A DNA stretch of 58,514 nt from Catajapyx aquilonaris (Eukaryota): assembly GCA_000934665.2 (NCBI GenBank), contig JYFJ02002367.1, positions 1-58,514 on the forward strand. Reading direction: 5' to 3'. The position numbers and the translations under genes were made by a program. Below, in pieces: positions 35,256-48,278 of this stretch. The notes under the pieces are model-generated. The model was not told the DNA's origin, made no database searches, and was given only the letters and a program-made list of their open reading frames with translations. Positions within the stretch are counted from its first letter, which is position 1. Each line of letters opens with the position of its first letter.

Positions 35256-35998
35256 CGGTGATTCTCCAAAAACTTACCATTTTCAAAGCAAGAATGAATG
35301 AATTTCAAAACTTATTTTAAAAATCTGGAAAAAATTTCACTTACTCTATATGAGGTCACAAATCAGGGAAAAATATGGGGAACTGACTCTCATATTCTAA
35401 TGCCAGGAGAGTGAATATTATTTCCAGGAGTTCGGGAGCCAGAAGAATGACCTATGCATGCAATAGGATTAATATCAAGGTCCAGAACAAACGTTGATTC
35501 TGGAAATTTCTGTGGGTTCATGACATCCCTTCATGCCATGGAATCACAGTTATTTCAAAATATTTAAGCTATTTTGTGACATAGAAAAATTAGCCAGGAG
35601 TGTGAACTTTTTATTTCCGGGAAAACTCGGGACACACTTTGGAGTGATGCAGCAAGGTCATGTCAAATTAATAAATAGTTTTAAAAATGTTGTTTTATAC
35701 CTTCAACTATGTACAATTAAATTACAGTATTGAAACTTGTCTAATGTTAATGATAAAATAATTGTAAGAAAATATAGCATGCTTTAAAATGAGATCGGGA
35801 CATGCCAAAAAGAGTGATTTTAGGCCCTTAGACTTTTTTTTTGCAGTAAAACTTAATTTAATATTTTTCTTTGTTTTCATGGGGATGGCTAGGTGTCAAC
35901 TGCTTCTACAAATGTTTAAAAAATAAACTCTCTCAGTCAAGCCATTTTTGAATTATTATGCCGGGACATGGTGTTGGTAAGTTTTTGGAGAATCACCC
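35256..35998. mobile_element. MITE with GGTGATTCTCC termini
   Basis: ggtgattctccaaaaacttacca / tggtaagtttttggagaatcacc. Confidence 0.7.
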
Positions 35999-37149
35999 AT
36001 ATACATAATCATATAAGTTACACACACTCCTCGACCGTGTAACGATATTTGCACGGCACGGCGCGGCGGCGGTTGTGAGTACAGCACAACCGTGGTGAAG
36101 GTTTATGTCTACGCAGGCATGTGGGGAAATATGATTGCAGGCTGCAGACCGCGAGGAGGAAACATATGCCTTTCAACAAGAGGACCTCCCATCCCTACAG
36201 GATCGATAAACAACACAATAAATTCTTATGTTATGTTATGTCCTTTCAGAATAGCACACTTCCTGATTTTCACTAGTATTGCTCGAAATTAAATTTAAAA
36301 AAATCATGCAGTCAGAGGAGTTCAGTAATGATTGTTCACAATTAAGTTATGTGAAATTTTTATTTCCGTAAAAAATTGTGTGCGGTAGGCTACCTGCAAG
36401 TTTTTTGAACATATAGATAGCGTTTAAAAGGCTACTCACAGCAGCTTGGTTACTGATATATTCTACACAAAAACGTAATCATCATATTTTGACAGGACCT
36501 CTAAAATAAACATTTTAGTGGAAAATCGAAAATGTAACCTGGCTGCATGTTCACTCCAGTGTATAATCTATAATATTAAAATCCTTGCGGACTATGTATA
36601 AGCCCTCTGATTGGTCCGCCCCCATATTGTTGTTGCCGCCACCTTCCCATTGGCCGGCGTTCATTGTTGCTGCGACGCATTGTTACCATGACGCCTCCAA
36701 TTGGCCCCCTCTCCGAGCATGCGCAATGGGTGGAAGAACGCCACAGTCGCTTGCTGGACGTCAACGAGGACACATATCATTCTCCTCTCCCGTGAAGACC
36801 CCTCTACCCCTCCACCATTCTTCACCCACATCTTATTCACGGTGACCTCACAACAGGGGAGGCGGAAAGGTGGGGGGAATGGAACGTAGCTAGAGGTTGT
36901 GAATTTCTGTTCGTACAATAATTTATTTGGTTTTTTTTAAAATTCAAAAGGTATTGGTATGTTGAGGTGAGCAAATGCATATTTGCCCAGCCAATGCAAA
37001 GGTGGCATTTCAGACCGTTCCCAAGGTAGTACGGAATCGTGGATATCAGTACAAAATCAGGGACGGAGGAACGGGTGTGGTGGGGAGTATACACATATGA
37101 TTGGGGGATGGGCATCATCACTGGCTATAAGTCGGAAGCGAATTAAAAT

Positions 37150-37246
37150 GCGGTGTCCGCCGCAGGCGTAGAAAAACGTGAGCGAAGCGAGCGGTTTTCT
37201 ACGCCTGCGCCATAGAAAAATTCGAGCGTAGCGAGGGTTTTTCTAG
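37150..37246 (+). mobile_element. Helitron-like 3' terminus
   Basis: Hairpin gcaggcgtagaaaa...ttttctacgcctgc with a gagcgaagcgag loop, a second gagcgtagcgag, ending CTAG|T. Confidence 0.55.
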
Positions 37247-38020
37247 TATGATTTTTAAAGAGATTATAGGCTTGCTTATTAGTCTTGGTTTTTATCCTGT
37301 GTCCCACTTTGAATCGATTCATACGAACTCCAAGTGCTTCACCAGCTGCTCCAATACACACCCAGATATAAATCTGCACTAATTTTCTGCTTCCCGATAA
37401 GGGCGTCCGCTACGGTGTTTACTGCAGAACAAACCCTGCAGTGCAGGTAGGCTATACGTAGGCTATATCCCTGTATAAAATAGCTCCAAATAGCCTCGCC
37501 TGCACTTAAGAACGTGAGTATCTAGTTTTAAACCCTATACCCTTATTGGGAAGCACTTAGCAACTTTGGAAACTGCCTGATGCGATTATTATCCTTCCGT
37601 CGGATATCCCAAAAAAAACATGATTAGGAAACTCTGCCTCACTTGTTTATTCTCATTTTAAAAGGTGCACATCTGCTGTGGAAAGATTACCTTATGCCTA
37701 TTTATACTTTCGTTCTGCGATCCTCAACAAATGTTCCGAGTTTCTGGCCTACTTTACGATTATCTCATGTGCTAATCATGAGTTGACACGCGACTTATTC
37801 GGATTTTTTAAAATTTGCGGTACAGGCGTAAGAGGCATATTTTGCTGCAAATCGGAATTTATTAGGACCGGCCATGCACGTTAAGGTCCAACAGCCCACT
37901 CACTTCCAACACCCACAACAAACACAATACAAAAAATTAATCAACTTCGCTGCCACCAGTCATCCATCATCAAGTCATCCAGTCATAAGCCACCAGTCAT
38001 CATCAGTCCACCAGATCCTC

Positions 38021-38023
<3 letters not shown>

Positions 38024-38080
<57 letters not shown>
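38024..38080 (+). repeat. (CAT)n microsatellite followed by CTT repeats
   Basis: Direct reading. Confidence 0.95.
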
Positions 38081-38081
<1 letters not shown>

Positions 38082-38364
38082 TTCTTGTTCTTCTTCTTCT
38101 TCATCAGGTCAAGCCATGTTGCAACCCCCACACTCAGGAAGCATCAGGAACGGTATGCCGCAAGGACCCCCAGTTTCTCCCTGCATTAAGTTGGGATAAT
38201 GCCCTATCCGCCGCGAGACAAATCTTATTGAATGTTTCTAGCACCACGGTCAAGCGAAGTAGACGCCACCTTTTCCACGGAGTGCCTCCGTGCCTTTTCT
38301 ATCTATCTATCTATCTTTATTTATTTCTTTCTATCTTTCTCCGTGCCTTTTCTATCTATCCTTA

Positions 38365-38553
38365 GCTTTTCACTGCTACATTATGTGGCGACCCTACCGG
38401 ACCGCGCTGAACTTTATAGGTACAAAAGGGAAGCGCTACATTGGGGGACCCAACATGGTCGCCGGCGGCCATGTTGGGCCCGCATGTAGCGGCTTCCCAT
38501 CTACCTAAGGTCAGCGTGGTCCGGCAGGGTCGCATAATGTAGCAGTGAAAAGC
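38365..38553. repeat. 189-bp near-complete palindrome (hairpin MITE)
   Basis: gcttttcactgctacattatg / cataatgtagcagtgaaaagc, with pairing continuing to the centre cccaacatggtcgccggcggccatgttggg. Confidence 0.85.
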
Positions 38554-39222
38554 GGTCTCATGGCGCTCGCAAGTGAGCACGTCTCGCAAAACGCCCCGGA
38601 AGGCGATAAGAGGTAGTGACCAGAAGTTAGTATTATAAGACCATGACCACAGATGTCATAACTCCTTAGTGATTCTGACTATGCTTATTACATGTGTACA
38701 GTATGTTAATGTCATTACCTGCCATATTATGCATTTTAAAGTAGTACTTGGTACGTGCTTGGACCAAAGTAGCCCCATTTGACGGTAGTTATTGAGCAAT
38801 AAAAAATAGCAATTTGTAATGGCTTTTAATTTTTTGCGGAGTACTCAAGAGGAATTAAGCAAAAGTGTATATGTCACAGTTGCATGTGACGTTGGGGCAA
38901 TGGGGCCATTGCCTTCCCTCCCGGCAGACCGAGTTATCTGACCTTGCTTGAACAGTCCCTTTTTGTTTTGAACTCACTCCCTTTTTGAGTTTCACGATGT
39001 GAGGGTGTCCGGAGGAGCTGCTGATACTGACATTTAAGTATTCAGAGTGATATGGGTTTGGCAGTCCCCTTGCTGATGGTATTGTTGAACCGGGATTCAG
39101 GGTTCATTGTTGAGGGATTTGGGGGCAGGTTGAACGCACTTTAAAGTGTGATGTTCAGGGAATTTGTGCAACCGATCCTCCCCCATTATTGCACCATTAA
39201 GGTTCTTTATTATTATTTTTTT

Positions 39223-39548
39223 ACGTTACCCCGTGATAAGGCTTAGCCTTTTTGGGGGGGGGTGGGATACCACCATTTTCTCTCCGTTTAACTTCATACA
39301 CCGGTGCAAGGAGTCTAGGATGTAGGGTAGGGGTAGGGATTTTTGAGGAGGGAACATGTGGTGCAAGTGCAATGTCGGTAATGTCATGTGCTGTTCCCCA
39401 GGAGGTTAGGTTGCCAGAAACCTCCTTGGTGCAGGGTAGAGACCCTCCTGACGCAGGTGAAAGGAAAGTTCCCCAGGCGGGGATCGAACCTGGGGCCTTT
39501 CACTCAGCAAGCCGTGACGTTACCATCAACGGCCACCACACCTCCCCC
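39223..39548 (-). mobile_element. tRNA-derived SINE family D, copy 1
   Basis: Minus-strand A box tggccgttgatgg and B box ggttcgatcccc. Near-identical inverted copy at 53334-53683. Flanking taaggttcttt / taagattcttt TSD. Confidence 0.85.
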
Positions 39549-40036
39549 TAAGATTCTTTATTTTTGGAAGCCATTGTGGCAAGGTTAAATGAGTAATGTA
39601 TGGATTGATTCATTGATTGTGACAAGGTATTATTTAGTTGATGTTTTGGATGCAACACGGGAAAGGAAGGGGGATTACGAGCATATGCCATAGTGTGTTG
39701 AAAAAGCAGATGCAAGGTCAGGGATGTGTGTATTATGTTTTGTTGGGCATTAAATGGGGCAAAATGCCGTTACGTGATCATTAAGTCCACTGCGCTTCAT
39801 TTATACCGAACCTATGACCTATAGGTTCCGTTTGGGCCTCATCCTCTCCTTGTCCTGTGACAGTATATGGTAGGAATGCACTTCATGACGGTAGGGATCT
39901 GTGTTTAAAATTTCGAAGCTCTATCTGCAGTGGAACTTGAGTTAGGGTGAATACAATAAAGATAACAAGAACAAGATGTTGGAAAAATTCATTGTTGAAA
40001 ATGGTTGTAAGCTGCGGTCTTATTTCGCCCCTAAAA

Positions 40037-41533
40037 TGTAAGTTTTGAAGAATTTCTGAGTTTCAGGGAAAAAATAAACAGTGTTTTTGTTTAGTTTTAC
40101 ACATATGTCAAAATTCAACAAAATCTTCAAGAAGCCATAACAATCTGAAAGCTCAACCAAATGCTACAAAACTTGAAAAGCTAATCACTCACAGTCACAT
40201 CTGGTACTTGGTCTGGTAACCTTTGACTTTGTCGTCAATGACAGCTTCATATCTACGAGGCATTGAGGCGACCAGCTAGTCCAACACCGATTGTGGGATC
40301 GTCTTCCACTCTACCTCCAGTTGCTTGAACTTATCGGTGGTACCGGATGCTCTCTTGTTCTTCAGATGACAAAACTGGCGGAGGTTCTTCATTGGATTTA
40401 GGTCCGGAGATTGGCTTGGCCAGTCCATTTTGGCCACCCTCTTCTGGTGCGGCCAGGTACTGACGAGCCCAGAGAATTGCTTTGGGTCGTTGTCAAGCCG
40501 GTGCAGGAGAGAATGGCCACACACCTTGCCTGCCGGCCACATAATATCTTGGAGGATATCCCTGTACACCTTCTTGGTCATGATACCGATAATCCGGTAC
40601 AGGGGACCGACTCCAACTGAGCTGATGTATAGCCCCAGACCATCATGGACACTCTTCCATGCTGGTCGGGTGGCATCTGGCATTTGGGATCGAATCGGGC
40701 ACCTTTGATGGGACGAAGAACGTAGGCTATTCCATCAGTTCCAAACATCAGATACTTCGATTCGTTTAACCAGATGACATCGCGCCACGGTCTCTGTATC
40801 CAGTGGCTTCAGCTCTTTTGGAGTCGATCCCCTGCACCGGATTATCGGTATCATGACCAAGGAGGTGTGCAGGGATTATCCTCCAAGACGTCATATGGCC
40901 ATATTCAAGGAGTGTGTTTGCCCATTCTCTACTGTACCAGCAGGACAACGACCACGACCAATGACCGAAAAAAGCACGTCCATATAATTATATACTTAGC
41001 CGCACCAGAAGAGTGTGACCGAAATGGACTGGACAGGCCAATCTCCGGACCTAAATACAATCAAGTACCTCTGGGAGGGTCTGCATTGTCATCTGAAGAA
41101 CAAGAGAGCATCCAGTACCACCGATAAGTTCAAGCAACTGGAGGTTGAGTGGAGGAAGATACTCCACAATCGGTGTTGGACAAGTTGGTCGCCTCAATGC
41201 CTCACAGATGTGAAGCTGTCATCGACGACAAGGGTTATCAGACCAAGTACCAGATGTGAGTGATTAGCCAGTCAAGTTTTGTAGCATTTGGTTGCGTTTT
41301 CATATTGTTATGACTGCTTGAAGATTTTGTTGAATTTTGACATACCGGTATGTGAAAAAATAAACAAAAACGTTGTTTATTTCTCCCCTGAACCTCAGAA
41401 ATTCTTCAAAACTTACAGTTTCTCTTTAAATTCCATTAGACACAATATGTTCAAATTTCAGCGCAATCGCTTCACTCTGGAAAAAGTTACACCCAAAAAA
41501 CAGAGTTAATATATCGTATTATGGCCACTACTG
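40037..41533. mobile_element. Two divergently oriented, decayed Tc1 (DD34E) 3' halves forming an imperfect ~1.4-kb foldback
   Basis: The minus copy encodes GVGPLYRI.G.M..VYRDIL...DNDPK...WPSQSPDLNP and the plus copy W..QSPDLNTIKYLW...KFKQLEVEW. The shared 3' UTR is inverted (40037-40210 / 41230-41417). The right end is ...ggccactactg|TA. Confidence 0.8.
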
Positions 41534-41573
41534 TACCGGTATGCATACGGTATAGGGTATAGACGTAACTATA

Positions 41574-42011
41574 CAGGGTGTATCGGAATTCTACCATAAG
41601 CCATGTACCAATGGCATAAGGGGCACCAGAGCATCATTATATGTAGAGGGGTCATCATGTCTAGGCAGCCACATCACGTAGATAATTGATCATTTGCGAA
41701 GTAGCGATTGCGCTTAAGCGTGATTGTAGAATAGCAGTGCATCTGGGGGGAACTGCATTCTCAGAGCCCTTAGTGACTACCCCAATAGCAGTGTGGCAGT
41801 AGCCCCCCAGAAAATAGCTGCGACCTTCACCTGTGATGCGATTGGCGGCTGAAGGTTTGCATACCTGCCAGGATATTTTATACCTATTGGTTGAGGTCAA
41901 TTATCTCGGTCATGCGGCGGCCCAGGCCTATGATTCCGATACTGTAAATGATCATCTGCTGACCATTACGCCATTGGCACATGGCTTATGGTAGAGTTCC
42001 GATACACCCTG
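41574..42011. mobile_element. CAGGGTG-terminal TA-flanked MITE
   Basis: About 46-bp TIRs cagggtgtatcggaattctaccataagccatgt / acatggcttatggtagagttccgatacaccctg. Confidence 0.85.
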
Positions 42012-42149
42012 TATAGGGCAAAAGATTGAGTAGAGACGACAATTCAAGAGACACCCATATGACTCTGACTAATGATTGGCAATGGATGACATTCACTGCA
42101 GGCCCTACTCCTTCCTTAATAGATAACTCCTGAATTAAAAAGTAAAATT

Positions 42150-42397
42150 AGGGGTGTGGTGGAAAAACATGATAACTGAAATTTTTGTCATTTTGACCTA
42201 AACACCTAACAACTATGTAGGCTACAACTATTACAAACAGTTTGGTATACTCCAAGTTCACGTATCACGCACGAGACGGCCACACGGACTAGATCAAAAC
42301 CACATTCCCTATGATTTGTTAAGAAAATGCAAACTTCAATTCGCTCTCCTGAAAAATTACACCTTTGTCAGTTATCATGTTTTTCCACCACACCCCT
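42150..42397. mobile_element. MITE with perfect ~30-bp TIRs
   Basis: aggggtgtggtggaaaaacatgataactga / tcagttatcatgtttttccaccacacccct. Confidence 0.75.
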
Positions 42398-42476
42398 CAA
42401 ATTATGAGAGAATATAGTGATGCAGTTTACACGAAATCCAAAAAAGTCCCCTATACCTATACGGTACAGCCGCATA

Positions 42477-42973
42477 CAGTAAAACTTCTATAAGTCGAAT
42501 CTCCATGGGACCGGAAAAAAAACATCGAGTTAGAGAAGTTTGGATTTTTTAAGCACATAACTCTATAAGGAAGCCTACCTTTATATCCAGCGACGAAAGG
42601 TGTTTAAAACTTTAAAATAACTGCCATTAGCACACTTATTCAAGGATTCAATTGTCACAATCGAGTCAAACACTAACTTCTTTCGGTGCGTCTGGTAGAC
42701 GGAGATCAGGAAATAGAGCCTTTCTGTGCATGTGGCCTACAACTCTCGACCCTTCGGCTGGTATAAATGAGACCATTTTCCGTACTCGCCAACATGAACT
42801 TGGACTTAGGGAGACTGAAAATGCATTGATATCCCATCGTAAGGCCCTGCCAGCACTTCGAGTTATGGAGAACTTCCAGTTGTAGAAATTCGAGTTAGGA
42901 AGTTTATTTCCTATTCTTTTACATTGTGACCAATCAAGCTCATCATTTTCTTCGACTTATATAAGTTTTACTA
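42477..42973. mobile_element. pogo/Tigger-like MITE
   Basis: TA|cagtaaaacttctataagtcgaa ... ttcgacttatataagttttacta; internal tcgagtta repeats. Confidence 0.7.
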
Positions 42974-43655
42974 TTAATAGGCATTCGCGTGGTCTGTGTA
43001 ATAACTGATTCACAACTTCAGCGCATTGCATTGATAGGCATCACAGTGGTTTTATAATCCTTTCCACAGATACCAGTATATCTATGATCTTTGTAACACG
43101 CGTTTGAATCGTGAGCTGTCTTGATCTGTCCAAGTTGTAACGGTACGTTGGGAGTCAGGGGGAATAAAACAAGGGTTTGCCAATAACTACAATATCTAAT
43201 ACATATTTCTCGACGTATATCTGTCTGTGACCTCAACAGATCCATACGGAGGCCTCCACATATACCCCAGGGGTATCACTAGGGGTAGTTTTTAACCGGG
43301 AAGGTTCTTAGCGCATTAGAATTGACCTCCGAGGTCATCCTTGGCCACATGAGGCGGAAAGTACTTTTGAACACTCGTCTAATAATGAGCAATTGGCTGT
43401 AAACATCACATGTCTTATTGGGTTACCTGGGCAACGTCCCATTCCTTCTCTGAATGCCCAAGGCCATGAATTGCCCCCTCCCCACTGCTCCCCCCCCTCC
43501 TGTCCCATGCACCCACCCTCCCACTCCCCCCCCCACCATCCCCGTTCCGTAATAATCAACATTTAACTGTCCATATTTCATTATATTACAAACAAAACAA
43601 AAAAACACGTTCCCACGGCAACGACATTCCAACGCGGTCAACAAGCAGTTCCTAC

Positions 43656-43862
43656 AGCCATTCTACAAAACATAATAAGTGAAACAACTCTCGATTACTT
43701 CATCCTTCTTCTCCTCGTGATACATGTACCCCGAGTTTTTTACCTGCAGGTTCATGATTGTCAGGTTGCAGGCAAAAAACTCGGGGTACACGTATCACGA
43801 GGAAAAGAAGGATGAAGGAATCGAGAGTTGTTTCACTTATTACGCGGTTTTGTTGAATGGCT
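43656..43862. repeat. About 207-bp palindrome with ~95-bp arms
   Basis: aataagtgaaacaactctcgat...taccccgagtttttt / aaaaaactcggggta...atcgagagttgtttcacttatt. Confidence 0.85.
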
Positions 43863-45223
43863 TTATACAGTAGTACTCAGGGTGTGAAATTAGCATTTCG
43901 CGTCTCTAAGTTATCCATTGTCGACTGAATAAAAATTGCCAGTCGCCACTTTTGGTGACTAGCTTTCCCTCCAAATATTGCATTATTTTCTGTCAATTAT
44001 TACTCGGATTCCTGCCACATATTTTCAACTTATTTCCTGCTGACGCTCTTGATGACCAATTACCATGAAGCTCACCACGTATTTATTGGAATCCTTCTCT
44101 CCGGGGGTCAAGTTGGGGGTAGATCGGGTTCAAGAATATTTTTCGCTGTTTTTTTATATATTAGTCTATATGTTTGGTAAGGCAATAGTAAAAATATCGC
44201 CTTCATCACAGGTGTCACCAGAGCCCTCCTGACTCACGAATGGACCAAATAAGAGTTCGAGTTTACAGTATTCCATCGGAGCCTGATAACTTGTTTTGAA
44301 ACAGTAAGCACGACTATTTTTGAGTGTGAAATAAGTTTATATTTATAAAAAAGCACGTATTCTTGTCCAACAACATTTTAGACATGACCCTATATCCCTA
44401 AGTCGTTCATGAATTGTTAGAAATGAGTTCTGTAATTCAATGAGTAGATTTTCACACTTACCTCCTTCCGACTATAGTGTCAAGTGTTCGTTCAGCTCCG
44501 GAGTCCCAAGATTCGACTGTATCGGATTCGGGGAGGGTGGGGGTAGGAAATCAGAGAAATTGATTGATAGAGTAGGCTAAGTACGTGCTTCTCACCTCTA
44601 ACCTGACCCATCTGACCACACGAAGAACGCAAACTCCCTTTCAAAAGGTCTCATACGTGAAATAATTCGAAATTCAAAGCGCGGGGGGGGGGGGGNCCCC
44701 CTACCCCCCCTCCGCATTCAAAGGACCTGTTCAAGTAGCCCCGCTACCTAAACGGCAACCATCTTGCCCATCTTGTAGTGTATAATCTATGAACCTAGTT
44801 TTACGCTAAAGGCCGCTGTGTTCGCCACTGACTGTATCTTTGATGTGGTAGGGGTTGCTACCTAGCGGCCTTGGTAGGAATCAAAACATGTTGTCACGTG
44901 GTGAACTGTTTTATTAGTTGATTTAGACTCAGGAAAACTCGTGTGGTTTTTACCCCGTAAAAATGTTGTAAGAATATTCGTGTGAGACAAATGCCGCCTC
45001 AGGGAACCGATATGCGAAATGCAAGCCCCATCGAGATATCACGCGTTTGCCCTATCGCGTATCTCTCCCTCACTCCCTCTCCTCTCTCTCTCTCTCTCCC
45101 CTAAAAGAGAGAGAGGAGCGAGGGGCGCACTCAGGATGGCGTTATTTGGCAAAGCAATGGCGAACTCTTTCTCCAAACTGATGAAGGTCACCCTTTAGAA
45201 GCACTCTTCCATTGAATGACATA

Positions 45224-46123
45224 CAGGGTGATCCAACTTTATGGCACCAGTAGTTATTGGAAAAATCGCGCAAGCTGCTTGTTTATAAGCAGGTCGTTGC
45301 TAAGAGATGCTTTCTGGCTCTTTCTGGAGAATCGGGAATAGCACCTGCTGATATTAGGTCTAATGCCCATGTAACAATATTAATGATGGAAAAAAGGGTC
45401 ATCCGTGGGAAACGGGCCTGTTCTGGTGTTCGCTGGAGGGTTTCACATGAGGTCACTAGCTGCCAAACCAGAGGCCTAATCCGTCGGAACTACCCGGGTG
45501 TGTCAATAAATAGACCTTCTGGTCTGTTCATTGTTGGCCGCAGTTGGCGCAACTGGGACAGGTCTACAGGCAGCGTTGTTTAGTTACCAGTCTTAGCACC
45601 TGCTGATATTAGGTCCAATGCCCATACATTGTACCAATTAATGAGAGAATGCCCAATGCAGACTGTACTGTTAGAACCCTGGAAGCCCTTGGGCGGCCTT
45701 CGAACAGGCCCCCTGTGTAAGGCATGTCCTGGTCCTGACTCTACAAGAACTATTTATTTATACTGGTAACTAAACAACGCTGCCTCAGTTGCGCGAACTG
45801 CGGCCAACAATGAACAGACCAGAAGGCCTATTTATTGACACACCCGGGTCTGTCCAGTTCCGACGGATTAGGCCTCTGGTTTGGCAGCTAGTGACCTCAT
45901 GTGAAACCCTCCAGCGAACACCAGAACAGGCCTGTTTCCCACGGATGACCCTTTTTTCCCTCATTAATATTGTTACATGGGCATTGGACCTAATATCAGC
46001 AGGTGCTATTCCCGATTCTCCAGAAAGAGCCAGAAAGCATCTCTTAGCAACGACCTGCTTATAAACAAGCAGCTTGCGCGATTTTTCCAATAACTACTGG
46101 TGCCATAAAGTTGGATCACCCTG
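45224..46123. mobile_element. 900-bp foldback element with ~365-bp near-identical TIRs, TA TSD
   Basis: TA|cagggtgatccaactttatggcacc ... ggtgccataaagttggatcaccctg|TA. Mirror ORFs 45257-45583(+) and 45785-46090(-). Confidence 0.92.
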
Positions 46124-46268
46124 TATATTAGAGTGGCTGGACAGCAACATTTTGATCCAACTCCCCTGCGTTGCCAAGTTTCAGTGATCTGCTCCAATCT
46201 AATGACACGAATCATTGAGCCATGTGGGTGGCCTTTCTTTGCCAGGATAACTTTGAACAGGTCCTTTC

Positions 46269-46652
46269 GATTGGCGCCCCTTCCAGAAATGTTCAGGAGG
46301 GTCGGATTAGTTTATGTGCAAAGCGGCACCTTTAACGTTTAAGTCACAAAATGCATAGTTCATCTCCTTAAAAAACTCCTTGCGTGGATATGAGGGGTCA
46401 TTATAATCGGCGATATCTTTGTAGCGGTCCTGGTCATAAATCCACATTCATTCATTCAGCCATTCACGAGATAAATCAAGAAAACCCATTTTTGCCGCCA
46501 TTTTTTCAAGATGGCGGCCGTCCGCAGCCGATTTTTGATTGGCGCCCCTTCCAGAAATGTTCGGAAGGGTCGAATTAGTTTATGGGCAAAGCGGCACCTT
46601 TTATTCACAAAATCCATAGTTCAGCTCATTTCTCGTCCTTAACCGCCGGACT
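46269..46652. repeat. Local ~95-bp direct duplication within a HINE-like repeat
   Basis: gattggcgccccttccagaaatgttc...aagcggcacctt...cacaaaat.catagttca at about 46269 and 46538; ends ccgccggactaa. Confidence 0.6.
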
Positions 46653-48278
46653 AAGGGACTAATTAGCAGGAGGGGGAAGGTGGGTGGTGAGGAAGGACCG
46701 GTATAAAGTATTTTGGACACAGCCGCCGCCACATATTTCTGGTTATTCCCGACGGGCAGTGCTGGCTGTGCATGGCCATTAAGGTAGGGTAGCGAGTGTA
46801 CGGCACAATAATTTCAAGGCGCATAACATACTGATAACCTCCTTCGTGTGTTATCATTGGTTAAAATAATATCAACGATTATTTTCAAAAATACTCTCTT
46901 AAAATACATGCAACATGTTGGCTCTACCTATACATATAGTGCAGTAATCTTCGTGATTTTGAAGACGGCAATGACCTAAGCTCCGATGTAACCCCCGCAA
47001 GCGGTCTGCCGGCTTATCAGCTTTATTACGCATCCGTTTCCGAAGTCAAGCTCAGTGATGTAATTGAGTGTAAGTGGCAAGCTCGGTTCTAGTCTGCAAG
47101 CTGTCACCCGATGCGGGACTCAGTGTGACGGGCTGGCTCAACCACATCCGGAACCGGAACGCTTAACTCTCGCCAGTAAAACCAATCCGGGACACTGCCT
47201 CTGGGTATGCCCTACCGCTGAAAAAAGTATATAAAATCACGTACGAGACAGCTTATTCATTCGCAAAGCCTTTGAGCTCAGGCAAGAGGAAAGCCGGACG
47301 GAACACTATATATATCGCTCTGACCAAGATTATGTACAATAGCGGTTTTGTGGGTGGAGATTACCAGGGCTAATCCTGGTGCAAACGCAAGATCTTGCGG
47401 GAAGATCCACGTTGTTTGACAAAGTGCAAGGGTAACTAGTTGGGGGATTCAGATATATAACCACGGGAGAGACTGTCCATCTTCATGGAGTTTATTCCCG
47501 GGGTGAAGTTCGTGACACGTGTGAACCTATCGTATATATGGCTAGATGCACTCGGATGGCATCTCTCATGATTTTCTTGGATTCCCTGAACTCGTCTGGA
47601 GTTCTCGGCACGGTCGTGTTGATCCGATTCCTGGGATAATGACAGCTCATAAAGCATTTTAATATACTCGTATTATCAAGATTCAAGGCTTTGATGGACA
47701 CGTTATTGTATAACAGCTAGCCTGCTAAGGTTTCCTTCGGTGTCCCATATGGGGTGCGGCTTTTTATATTTTGGGGGAAATGTGAGATAATCCCCTTCTC
47801 CCCCAGACATTTGCGCCTTTCTGTAGCAGTTTACAGAAATATATCAAATATGCATACCGGAATATATTGGCAACGTAATGCGTAATGCAATATAGTACAG
47901 TATATCCAAGCCCAGTGGTTTGGACGCCGAACCTTAATTTATATTGATTATAATACAAAGTGGTGCCTCGTACTTCGAACTTAATTCGTTCTAGGACTCT
48001 GAATTGTTCGAACTCCGAATCGATTTGGCCCATAAGAAACAAGAGAAAGTGAATAATTTATCCGTTCCCATACCTTAAGCAATACACATTCTGATGTAGT
48101 AAACCAGATAATGGAAAGCTATTAGAAACTGGTGCTGATGTATAATATATTTACAACTATTCCTGTACAGAGTGAGTTGATGTCCCCCTAAAAGGCCTAT
48201 AGGACTTATGGGGTAAATAAAATAAAATAAATAAAGATACCCATTCTGATAAACTTAAATGCAAATACACATAATTTA

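Noticed and set aside
37270..37375. GIY-YIG/Penelope-like peptide CIGAAGEALGVRMN on the minus strand
   Set aside because: Too short and degenerate to support.
37874..38365. 163-aa poly-His ORF
   Set aside because: It is produced by (CAT)n, (CTT)n and (CTAT)n microsatellites, with no domain or splice support.
45257..46090. Duplicated gene pair MEKSRKLLVYKQ...
   Set aside because: These are mirror translations of the TIRs, with a non-ATG start and no recognisable protein.
47090..47225. 5S rRNA-like sequence on the minus strand (catacc...ccgg...agttaagc)
   Set aside because: Only scattered short matches and no C box; an Infernal search with the 5S model would be needed.
47430..47760. LINE RT C-terminal remnant on the minus strand (PIWDTEGNLSRLAVIQ)
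   Set aside because: Suggestive only; too decayed to call without a database search.
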